From a virus: a stretch of 64,000 nucleotides of DNA. This document shows, in pieces, positions 18,574-26,722 of this stretch; the first letter of the stretch is position 1, and every line of letters begins with the position of its first letter. Where the stretch lies: positions 1 to 64,000 of the IMG/VR virus record IMGVR_UViG_3300025732_000035, one strand, 5' to 3'. The position numbers and the translations under genes are program-made. The notes below the pieces were generated by a model. That model was not told where the DNA came from. It worked only from the letters and a program-made list of their open reading frames with translations, and did no database searches.

Positions 18574-18885
18574 TCAAGCCCAGGGAAGGCCAGTGCCAGT
18601 TTTCGGCTCACGCTGCTGTTCAATTTGCTGAGCAAGAGCGTCTTCAATTTCGGCAACTTTTTCGTCGCCAAATTTGTCCTTCACCCAGCCGATGACAATT
18701 TCGGGGGTGAGCTGAGCATACGGAATGGCTTCGTCTTCTTCGGGAGCTTCAAGACCAAGACTGCCATAGGCCGAGCTTGCATAAGTGCCATCATCGGCGG
18801 AGATCGTATAGTGAACAGTGCCCACGTAACCATTTGAAAGCGTGCGGTCCATATTGGCCACCGCCCATTGATAAGTAATTGCCAT
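18574..18885 (-). CDS. tail-fibre-associated protein
   Basis: TYQWAV..IPYAQLT..GWVK..GLPW, family commonly following fibre genes. Confidence 0.7.
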   Translation of the reverse strand: MAITYQWAVANMDRTLSNGYVGTVHYTISADDGTYASSAYGSLGLEAPEEDEAIPYAQLTPEIVIGWVKDKFGDEKVAEIEDALAQQIEQQREPKTGTGLPWA

Positions 18886-18920
18886 GATTAAAAAGAATGG
18901 TCTTTGTTAGTTTAGCAATG

Positions 18921-18951
18921 AAAAGAAAGGCGGTTTCTTCGGAAAACAGCC
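18921..18951 (-). terminator. terminator closing the tail-fibre plus cassette transcript
   Basis: minus strand GGCTGTTTTCCGAAGAAACCGCC followed by TTTCTTTT. Confidence 0.6.
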
Positions 18952-18971
18952 AGAGCTAGTAGTGACGTGGA

Positions 18972-19493
18972 CTAACGGGGTTTCCAGCGGACAAGGTTCC
19001 GCAAGGTCACAAGTGTGTACCTAGTCCACTCATCACCAATTGAGCCATCAATGGGGTACAACTTGCTGTACCACCAGGCGTACTGCTCGGGATTGATCTC
19101 CTGCAACCGTTCAAGCATTTCTGCGATGTCAACACAAAGATCGGGGTCAGGCCAAGCTTTGTCGGCTACCTCCATCAGGTGATCAACAAAGCGTTGAAGC
19201 TCCTCACGGCTACCGAAGATTTGCTCGTACTCACCATCGGAGTCGTTGCACAGCAGGACTTTGCCGTTCTTGGCCCAAGCGTAGTGCTGGTAGATGCCTT
19301 CGCTTGGGTCGTAATAAAAATCTGGAAAATGATGTGAACTCATCTGCCCAAAACTAAGGAAATTGGCGCGGTAGTCTGTAAGCCATTCTTCGCCCATCAA
19401 CTCTACCAGCTCTTCGCGGGTCAAGTTGTGGATCCATTCAAGACAAACTTTGAAACGCCACTCGTTTTCCTCCGGTGTAATGTCGTCAAGCAT
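18972..19493 (-). CDS. hypothetical protein (cassette 2)
   Basis: fills the interval between two repeat copies almost exactly. Confidence 0.65.
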   Translation of the reverse strand: MLDDITPEENEWRFKVCLEWIHNLTREELVELMGEEWLTDYRANFLSFGQMSSHHFPDFYYDPSEGIYQHYAWAKNGKVLLCNDSDGEYEQIFGSREELQRFVDHLMEVADKAWPDPDLCVDIAEMLERLQEINPEQYAWWYSKLYPIDGSIGDEWTRYTLVTLRNLVRWKPR

Positions 19494-19525
19494 ACGAGTG
19501 AAGGGGACTACCGAGTCTCATGTAC

Positions 19526-19554
19526 TTGACAGGTTAGACCCAATGTGCTATAGT
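19526..19554 (+). promoter_or_regulatory. near-consensus sigma70 promoter
   Basis: TTGACA-N17-TATAGT with extended -10 TG. Confidence 0.85.
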
Positions 19555-19591
19555 GGTGTTAAGGGGAGAGATCCCCACTGCACCTAGAAAA

Positions 19592-19777
19592 ATGAATTAC
19601 CGCACAGTTAAGGCTGTTCGAGACGAGCTGCATCGCCGTGGTGGTTGGCTCGAAACCATCAAAGACACCGAACGACCTGAGTACGCCCCGCATCTTTCTT
19701 TTGAGGAGTCGGGATGGATTCATGGGATTTGGATCAAAGATGAGTTGCTTGCTTGGGCAGTTGAAAACTTGAACTAA
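19592..19777 (+). CDS. hypothetical 61-aa protein (cassette 1, moron-like)
   Basis: own promoter, 5' GGGGA-GAGA-TCCCC hairpin and terminator. Confidence 0.7.
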   Translation: MNYRTVKAVRDELHRRGGWLETIKDTERPEYAPHLSFEESGWIHGIWIKDELLAWAVENLN

Positions 19778-19782
19778 CCACT

Positions 19783-19808
19783 GGCCCGCCTTAGAGCGGG
19801 CTTTTTTG
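19783..19808 (+). terminator. rho-independent terminator
   Basis: GCCCGC-CTTAGA-GCGGGC-TTTTTT. Confidence 0.85.
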
Positions 19809-19904
19809 TGCCGGGGATCCTGCAATACAAGACCCGCTGGTCGGGGAATACAGGGGGCCTCGCAGTGGCTATCGACCCCCCGGCAACCCTTTTAGTGAGT
19901 AGGA

Positions 19905-22034
19905 CTACGAGAGCTGGGCTTTAACAGCAGCCATCTCGGATTCCAGGGTTTCGATACGGAGCTGCGCCTCTTGCAGTGCCTTGATGGCCATCCACATCAT
20001 CTGCTGTTCTTTGACACCGATGCGCTCTTCCTGAGCAGGCTGGTCCTCAGTTGCTTCCTTGGCTTCTTGGAAGACGGTAATCACTTCCGGGCAGCTTTCC
20101 GCCACCTGCTGGGCAATTACACCCATGCTCAAGTCGGCTTCGTCTGACTGGTCCTTGTAGCGGAAGTTGACGATTTCCCATTCTTTTAAGCAGTCCCATG
20201 TGCCAGCGGCAGGCGCGATGTCCTTTTTGACGTTGCGGTCAGAAAGGTTGACGTTATTGGCGCTGTAATTAGCTATGCCACCATTAGACCGAATTGTTGC
20301 TCTTTCCGTCGTTGCGCCAACACACTGCAGAAAAAAGCGCGTACCATCATTTTGATCATTTGCTGTTTCAATGTATAAACCGTATTGCTGACCACTGGCG
20401 GCTGTGGACCTTATATATACAGATACGATATCATCTGCGTTATTAACAAATTCGTGAAAAGCGGCAGTAGAGTTGATATAACTACCAGTATTTGTAGCCT
20501 TAAAGGCACCTCTTTGAGTGATTCTTGCCCGCTCCGTAGGGCTGCTCGCTCCGTCGGCAGTAGTGGAGAACACTAAGCACGTTGGATGGCTAGTACCAGC
20601 GGTCCATGTACCGTCACCGTTCGCAGAGATAAATGCGCCAGCGTCGTTAGCAGAATTGGCGAAGCTGATATAGCCAATCGTGCTACCAGCGGATGCAGTA
20701 GTTGCGTTCCGCTGGATATTTATTGCTCCACCGGCAGCAGTAGTTCCACCTTGGACGATAAATTTAGCCTCGGCAGAACTAGAAGACGTGCCCACTAAAA
20801 ATCGACCACTTGAATCCCAGCGGCCACGCTCAGTCCCGTTTGTACCAAACAAGACAGGATGCGCTCCTCGCGCCCATCCCCCATAGACATTGTTAGAGGA
20901 ATCTTGACCGTATAAAGCACTGCTGGTTTGCGGGGTATTTCCGTTCCCTGCCATCTCCAGTAGGCAGTTTTGGCCTGAACCATTTGCAACCCAAACATCA
21001 CCACCAGCGCCATTGCTGACGATGTGTAGCTTAGTGCTAACTGAAGTAGTGCCAATCCCTACGCGCTGTGACGAGTCAATAGTTACTGCACGTGTGTTTC
21101 CATTCGTGGCAAGAATTAGATTTGCTTCTGCGCGAACAAGCCCATCGGTAGCTGCGGATCCACTAAGCCAACTTGAACCAGCGGTTCCGGTATAAAGAGC
21201 TTGAGTGCCTGATTGAAGAAATACCGTGCCACCGCCGCCGGCGGTGGTGGTATTGACATAGAGCGGTTGATAAGAGCTACCAACAATATGCAGTTGGCTA
21301 TTCGCATCTGGGCTAGAAGTCCCCAGACCTAGAGCACCTGTCGAAGTGAGGCGCATGCGCTCGGCGCCACCTGCGCCAAACTGCATACTTTCAGAGCCAA
21401 CTGCAGTGAGCACAAGCCTTCCGGCCGCCGATCCATGTGACTGGCCAAATGCGAGAATGTTCGCACCTGCACCAGCACCATCTCCACCATCAATCCGGAT
21501 ATAACTAGTTGCAGAAGTTTGAGAAATTTCACCAATAGATACTTTAATGTTTCCACTGCTATCAACAAACAACCGCCCAGTGCCATTAGTCGAGATGGCT
21601 AATTGGTCTGCGCCGGGTGAATAGAGGCCCGTATTCGTGTCGCCCGAGAAGTAGAGCCCTGGCGATCCAGCCGAGCCGGCGATGATGCCGAGCGCGCCGG
21701 TCATTACGTCGCCGTTGACGTCCACGAACGTGCCGGATTCGCTGCGCCATGCGCCACCGTCCCACACCTTGAACACATAGGTGTCGCCGGTAGTATCAAG
21801 CCATTGCTCACCCTTGGAATTGCCAGCAGTGCCGCCGCTTGCAGGACTAACATTAGGCGCAGTCGTGCCTACGTGTACAGGCCCCACTTTTACTAAATTG
21901 CCATTGCTGTCCTTAAAGAACATGCCAGGGCTTCCACTTGCATAGTTAATGGCAACTTGCCCATCAACCATGGAAGCAGGATTGGGACGCTTATCCAGCG
22001 TCGAGGAACGTAAATGCTGAAGAACGCCAGCCAT
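19905..22034 (-). CDS. receptor-binding tail fibre with C-terminal intramolecular chaperone (peptidase S74-like)
   Basis: repeated ERxRxDSSGxxxxGT motifs; SDRNVKKDI..GVIAQQV..IKALQE chaperone domain. Confidence 0.9.
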   Translation of the reverse strand: MAGVLQHLRSSTLDKRPNPASMVDGQVAINYASGSPGMFFKDSNGNLVKVGPVHVGTTAPNVSPASGGTAGNSKGEQWLDTTGDTYVFKVWDGGAWRSESGTFVDVNGDVMTGALGIIAGSAGSPGLYFSGDTNTGLYSPGADQLAISTNGTGRLFVDSSGNIKVSIGEISQTSATSYIRIDGGDGAGAGANILAFGQSHGSAAGRLVLTAVGSESMQFGAGGAERMRLTSTGALGLGTSSPDANSQLHIVGSSYQPLYVNTTTAGGGGTVFLQSGTQALYTGTAGSSWLSGSAATDGLVRAEANLILATNGNTRAVTIDSSQRVGIGTTSVSTKLHIVSNGAGGDVWVANGSGQNCLLEMAGNGNTPQTSSALYGQDSSNNVYGGWARGAHPVLFGTNGTERGRWDSSGRFLVGTSSSSAEAKFIVQGGTTAAGGAINIQRNATTASAGSTIGYISFANSANDAGAFISANGDGTWTAGTSHPTCLVFSTTADGASSPTERARITQRGAFKATNTGSYINSTAAFHEFVNNADDIVSVYIRSTAASGQQYGLYIETANDQNDGTRFFLQCVGATTERATIRSNGGIANYSANNVNLSDRNVKKDIAPAAGTWDCLKEWEIVNFRYKDQSDEADLSMGVIAQQVAESCPEVITVFQEAKEATEDQPAQEERIGVKEQQMMWMAIKALQEAQLRIETLESEMAAVKAQLS

Positions 22035-22107
22035 AATTAAAAGCCTTTCAAAATCAAGAGGACTAATTAGTCTTTCGCAATTCTAAAAGGCTTTTGTTTT
22101 TTAATGA

Positions 22108-25100
22108 TTAGAACGTGCCTTCATCAACGGTGGCGTTAATGGTGCCAGCAGAGAAGTTGCCACTACCATCACGAGCAACAATTGCACTAGCAGTGTTAGC
22201 GCTGGTAGCAGTAGTGGCGCTGTTGCTAACTTTTCCAGCAGTGGAAATTGTAGAAAGCTTAGTATCAGCAATGCTGCCAGCAAGCATTAAATTAGTAACC
22301 GTACCAGTGTCGCCAGTTGTGACAATGGTTCCTGTGACATTGGGAAGCGTGATTGTTCTATCTGCAGTGGCATCTGCCGCAGCAAGTTGAATTTCAAAAG
22401 CGTCATCACTGGCCCCTTCAAAAAGAAGCGTACCTGCACTGCCAATGACTACTTCGCCAGCAATGGTACCACCCGCTCTGGGTAATGCAGCATTAGCTAA
22501 GTCATAGGCGCTCTTCACTGCAGTGGCAGTAGCAGCAAGTGAAGAGCTAGTAGTGCTTGTTGAATCAGTAAGAATAACAGTGCCACGTACACTAGTCGTG
22601 GCATCAGGAATAGAAATGACGGGCGTTGTTGTGCCGCTAACAACAGTGAGCGGAGAATTAACACTCACCGACAGAACAGTGCCGCTCGCTGGCGTAACCC
22701 AGTGAACACCAGCGCCAAATGCAGAATTAACAGTGAGCACTTGTCCGTTAGTTCCAATTGCTTGCTTAACTAATGTGGTGCCACTACCAACAAGAATATC
22801 ACCTTTGGTGTAAGAATTAATTCCAGTGCCACCATAACCAGTGGCCAAAATGCCACTAGCCACATTGTTAACATTGCGGCATTCAGTGTTTACTTCCTCA
22901 ATAGCAGACTGGACGTTTGTACTTCCAATGGTTCCTGCTGGCGCAAAAGCTACGTTAGAAGCAGTTTGCGATAGATAGGTAGAACTAACATCAAGCTCTA
23001 CCCACGCTGTGCCATTGCAAAGAAGAATATCGGGCGGCTGCAGAATAGTTTCAGGAGCTGGTGAAGTGCCAGTACCACCACTAGCAACTACAACGTAATA
23101 ACGATTAAAAGTGGTCGATGCAGCCGGTAGTGGTTGTCCCACAGAAAGACCAATTCCAGCACCATCAGCACTAACACTTGCAATCGTGTTTCCAGAAGCA
23201 TTATAAGTGCCACCAAAAATAATCTCACCAACGCTAATACCAACTGGATTCCAAACGTTACCATCCCATAGATAGAGGTCTTTCTCCAATGGATTGAAGA
23301 AGAATTGCCCAATAAAATCTGCTACAGGCGGCGCTTCGCCAAACTGACTAACAGAATAGTTGGCAAGCTTAGAAGCAAGAATTGATTCGTCTGCAATAAA
23401 CCCACTTCCAAAGGTGCCAGTGGTAATTTTGCTTGCAGAAAGAGCAGGGATGTCATCTGCTACAAGACTGGCTGCGCCAGCGCTTACATGTCCCTGCGCG
23501 TCTACTGTCACCTTGTAATACGTGCCAGATGCCACGCTGTTGGCGTGATTAAAAACGCCACTGACAGTAACGAGTCCAGTGCCAGCTTGAGCAACGCCTA
23601 AATCGCTGGTGGTGGCCTTTGGAAGATCGCTAGCCGTGATAGCCCGGAAAGTAGGAGCTGCATCTGCACTTCCACTGGCTGGACCAGCAAAGAAGCGTGT
23701 AGCAACTTGCGTATTTAAAGAAGGAACAATGGAGGCGCTAAAAGCATCAGGATAGGAAGTGGCAAAACTGTAAACAGTATCTCCTGAAACGACAGTTGTC
23801 GAAAGGCCACTTTGACGCTGCCAAACACTACCAGTCCAAGTATATTCAACGCCAGTATTTGTATTAAGCCATTGCTGACCAATAAAATCACCGTCACCTG
23901 TAGGAGTGGAACCAGCGACAATTGCAGCAGAGTTGTCAGAAAGTTTTGCTGCAGTAACTCCGCTATCAACAATCTTTGCAGTTGTAATAGCGCTATCAAA
24001 AATTTTGACTGTTGTTACAGCATTATTAGAAATAGTGGTGCTAAATCCGGCTGTTCCTGTGCCAGTAACATCTCCCGAAAGAGTAATGGTTTGATCACCC
24101 GTATTAGTGCCAGTGGATGTGCCGGAGAATGTGCCATTTTGCGTAGCTAGCGTTCCAAGGCCGAGCGTTGTGCGCTGAGCGCTCGCATCAGCATCATCCA
24201 ACAATGCTCTGCCAGCAGCAGTAAGCGTAATCTCTTCAATATTTCCACTTCCCGCAGAAGCCCTGCCAAGCAGTACTCCACTAGCCACTTGTTGAATTTT
24301 TGCAAAAGTGACTGCGTTATCCGCGATGGCAGCAGTGGGAATAGAACCACTTGCATAGCTTCCAGAAGGTATAGAGCTTGCAGTAATAAGAGTGCCAGAA
24401 AGTTCGCCAGAGGAGAGAGAAAGCTTGGCAAGCGTAACGGAGCCAGACGCAAGTTTCGCTGCAGTAACATTCCCGTCTGTAATATTTACAGTGGCTACTG
24501 CATTAGCGGCAAGTTTTACTTGCGTAACACCGCTATCGGCGATGTAAGCAGTAGCAATGCTTCCACTTGCTAGCTTGCTTTGCGTAATGCTTCCATCGAC
24601 GATGTGAACGCCGCTGACCGCAGCGACTCCAATTTTTGTGCCCGTAATTGCATTGTCAGCAATATTGACGGTGACTACAGCGTCAGCAGCCAGTTTTCCT
24701 GCAGTTACGCCACTAACAACTAGTTGTATGCTGCCGACTGAATTCGCGGCAAGCTTTGCGTTTGTTACGCCACTATCCGCAATCTTGACAGTGGTTACAC
24801 TGCCGCTTGCTAATTTTGCACTGGTAACGCTCTCGTCTTCAATTAAAGCAGTGTTAACTGTATTGCCAGTCGCAACAACCCCCAAGCCAATAGTGGTACG
24901 AACCGTTGCGGCATCGGCGTCGTCAAGAATGGTGCGAGCAAATGAAGTGCAAGTAATCTCTTCAACGTTGCCGCTGCCAGCAGAAGATCTCCCTAAAAGC
25001 TTGTCTGCAGCACTAACGTTTTGAATTTTTGCATAGGTAATGGCGCCATCCGCGATGGCAGTAGCACCAATCTTTGTAGTGCTACTTTGGTTGATTTTTG

Positions 25101-25269
25101 CAATATCTAATGTCGAGGAATCCGCTAAATTAAATCCAGCCTGAATTAGGTTTTTTACCTGCACCTTCTTGGTTTGACTGGCGCTAATGTCTACAATCGG
25201 CAATACGTCGCCAGAAGCAACTGCCCCTTGGGAGAGTTCAACAAGTTCCGTGATTCTTTGATCGGCCAT
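22108..25269 (-). CDS. long tail fibre protein
   Basis: MADQRITEL N-terminus, many VTxAKLA repeats, ends DEGTF. Confidence 0.85.
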   Translation of the reverse strand: MADQRITELVELSQGAVASGDVLPIVDISASQTKKVQVKNLIQAGFNLADSSTLDIAKINQSSTTKIGATAIADGAITYAKIQNVSAADKLLGRSSAGSGNVEEITCTSFARTILDDADAATVRTTIGLGVVATGNTVNTALIEDESVTSAKLASGSVTTVKIADSGVTNAKLAANSVGSIQLVVSGVTAGKLAADAVVTVNIADNAITGTKIGVAAVSGVHIVDGSITQSKLASGSIATAYIADSGVTQVKLAANAVATVNITDGNVTAAKLASGSVTLAKLSLSSGELSGTLITASSIPSGSYASGSIPTAAIADNAVTFAKIQQVASGVLLGRASAGSGNIEEITLTAAGRALLDDADASAQRTTLGLGTLATQNGTFSGTSTGTNTGDQTITLSGDVTGTGTAGFSTTISNNAVTTVKIFDSAITTAKIVDSGVTAAKLSDNSAAIVAGSTPTGDGDFIGQQWLNTNTGVEYTWTGSVWQRQSGLSTTVVSGDTVYSFATSYPDAFSASIVPSLNTQVATRFFAGPASGSADAAPTFRAITASDLPKATTSDLGVAQAGTGLVTVSGVFNHANSVASGTYYKVTVDAQGHVSAGAASLVADDIPALSASKITTGTFGSGFIADESILASKLANYSVSQFGEAPPVADFIGQFFFNPLEKDLYLWDGNVWNPVGISVGEIIFGGTYNASGNTIASVSADGAGIGLSVGQPLPAASTTFNRYYVVVASGGTGTSPAPETILQPPDILLCNGTAWVELDVSSTYLSQTASNVAFAPAGTIGSTNVQSAIEEVNTECRNVNNVASGILATGYGGTGINSYTKGDILVGSGTTLVKQAIGTNGQVLTVNSAFGAGVHWVTPASGTVLSVSVNSPLTVVSGTTTPVISIPDATTSVRGTVILTDSTSTTSSSLAATATAVKSAYDLANAALPRAGGTIAGEVVIGSAGTLLFEGASDDAFEIQLAAADATADRTITLPNVTGTIVTTGDTGTVTNLMLAGSIADTKLSTISTAGKVSNSATTATSANTASAIVARDGSGNFSAGTINATVDEGTF

Positions 25270-25323
25270 CTCTCAGAAGGGCAAAGCTAAATACAGTCTA
25301 GTCTTAAACGATAATAGCTATTA

Positions 25324-26199
25324 TCAGTCCGTTACTTCCTGGAGGAGATAATCAAGACTCTGTTCAAGGTAAATAGCGTCATCGTCCTCTTTCAGAATAT
25401 ATTCTGACGGCACGCCAATGCGAAGTTTAAATTCGCCGGTAGTCACAAAGTCAACGGAGCAGGAAACAAGCGAATCTGCTGTCACTGTTACACCAGCTCT
25501 TGTTATCACTGCCTCCACTTCGTAATACACCTCTTCAGTAAAAGAAGAAGTTTTTTCGACGGATGACAAGGAAAGAAGCGCCTTGAAATTGCTTCCTATA
25601 TCTAGACGATCAATAATTTGAAGTAATAATAACGGAGTCTCGGAAACGCCCGTTGTTTCATAACTAAATAAACATTCAATGCTGCCATTGCCACTTAATA
25701 GCCCTGCAGAATACTGTTGTCTAAATACATCGGATAAACTTGTTGTCTCCATCGCCCCTCTGTCTGTATTAATCTCAAAAGAGGTGACGCTTCCAAGCGT
25801 ATTGTACCTTGTATCTCTTACAGCAATAGAAACCTCCAGATCAGCACCGTTAAAAGCAGATAGTGTTATTTCTTCAGCTCTAACATTATTGATGGCATCA
25901 GCAAAGTTGCGATAAAGACGAATGCCGCCAACATTATTAACATTGACGACCGCCCTTGCGTTGTTGGCCTTTTGCCCTTCGGGTAATCCCCAAAAGGACG
26001 ATGGAAGAAAGTCTATCCCTCTTGCATCTGTTGTTGATATTTCGATCAGATCTCCAGTAATTAAATTATCTTCGCTTTTTTCAAAACTAAACCTATTGAG
26101 AGTGGTATTAATATCTGCTGGCGAAATTACAGCAGGAAAACTGCTGCTGGCGTTGCGCTGAAGCCTAACAATTCCAGTGTGGCCAACAAAAAATGTCAT
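25324..26199 (-). CDS. tail-tube-like minor tail protein with inserted domain
   Basis: similar to 26260..26679 (ETTSLSD..AGLLSGNGS..VDFVTTG). Confidence 0.6.
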   Translation of the reverse strand: MTFFVGHTGIVRLQRNASSSFPAVISPADINTTLNRFSFEKSEDNLITGDLIEISTTDARGIDFLPSSFWGLPEGQKANNARAVVNVNNVGGIRLYRNFADAINNVRAEEITLSAFNGADLEVSIAVRDTRYNTLGSVTSFEINTDRGAMETTSLSDVFRQQYSAGLLSGNGSIECLFSYETTGVSETPLLLLQIIDRLDIGSNFKALLSLSSVEKTSSFTEEVYYEVEAVITRAGVTVTADSLVSCSVDFVTTGEFKLRIGVPSEYILKEDDDAIYLEQSLDYLLQEVTD

Positions 26200-26259
26200 C
26201 TCGCTTCAGCGACTATGCTTTCATTGTACGGACAATGCAAATGATCAATTGGCAATGGT

Positions 26260-26679
26260 TCAAGTAGTGCCAGAGAGTGTAACAGTAGTTAACGGGCCAT
26301 TAATAGTAAAGTTAAATGAAACAGTAGTCAGTTCATCGGTGGACGATGTGATGCTGGCACTATTAATAAAAGCATCTGCCGTAAAGAGCTGACTTGTTCC
26401 CACTTCAAACGTAAGCGTCACTTCATCACTATCAGTAATGGCGCCAGTCTTGGCAATCTTTTCAAGAAGATTTGTCACGTCAGTAGTGTCACCGTTGTAA
26501 TAGGACAACGTAGCGCTACCTGTGGCACTAAACAGGCCAGGAGTGAAGGTGTTAGCAGTGTCTCCAAGAGCTGTGGTGTCCAGCATGTTTACAGACGTAT
26601 CTAACGTCCAATTGCGCACCTTGGACACCTCGCTTCCGCCAAGCTTTAATTTGCCAGTGCGGCCAGTATAAAAGGGCAT
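26260..26679 (-). CDS. tail-tube-like protein
   Basis: YTGRTG..VRNWTLD..DTTALGD..PGLFSATGS..VSFNFTING tube-fold pattern. Confidence 0.7.
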   Translation of the reverse strand: MPFYTGRTGKLKLGGSEVSKVRNWTLDTSVNMLDTTALGDTANTFTPGLFSATGSATLSYYNGDTTDVTNLLEKIAKTGAITDSDEVTLTFEVGTSQLFTADAFINSASITSSTDELTTVSFNFTINGPLTTVTLSGTT

Positions 26680-26722
26680 CGTCTTAAAGCTTTTGTTTTA
26701 ATCTTAGCACTTTCAAGAATGA

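Larger units (their letters stand above)
18961..19907. repeat. three direct copies of AGTGA-NNN-GGACTA (18961-18974, 19497-19510, 19894-19907) delimiting two gene cassettes
   Basis: 11 of 14 positions identical in all three; two copies supply TAG stop codons, one lies 3 nt before an ATG. Confidence 0.9.

Noticed and set aside
18961-19907. Classical integron attC array or CRISPR
   Set aside because: No RYYYAAC..GTTRRRY hairpins or intI; intervals are gene-sized rather than spacer-sized
19905-25269. Diversity-generating retroelement or invertase shufflon acting on fibres
   Set aside because: No reverse transcriptase, no adenine-variant TR/VR pair, and no invertase or inverted fibre ends seen
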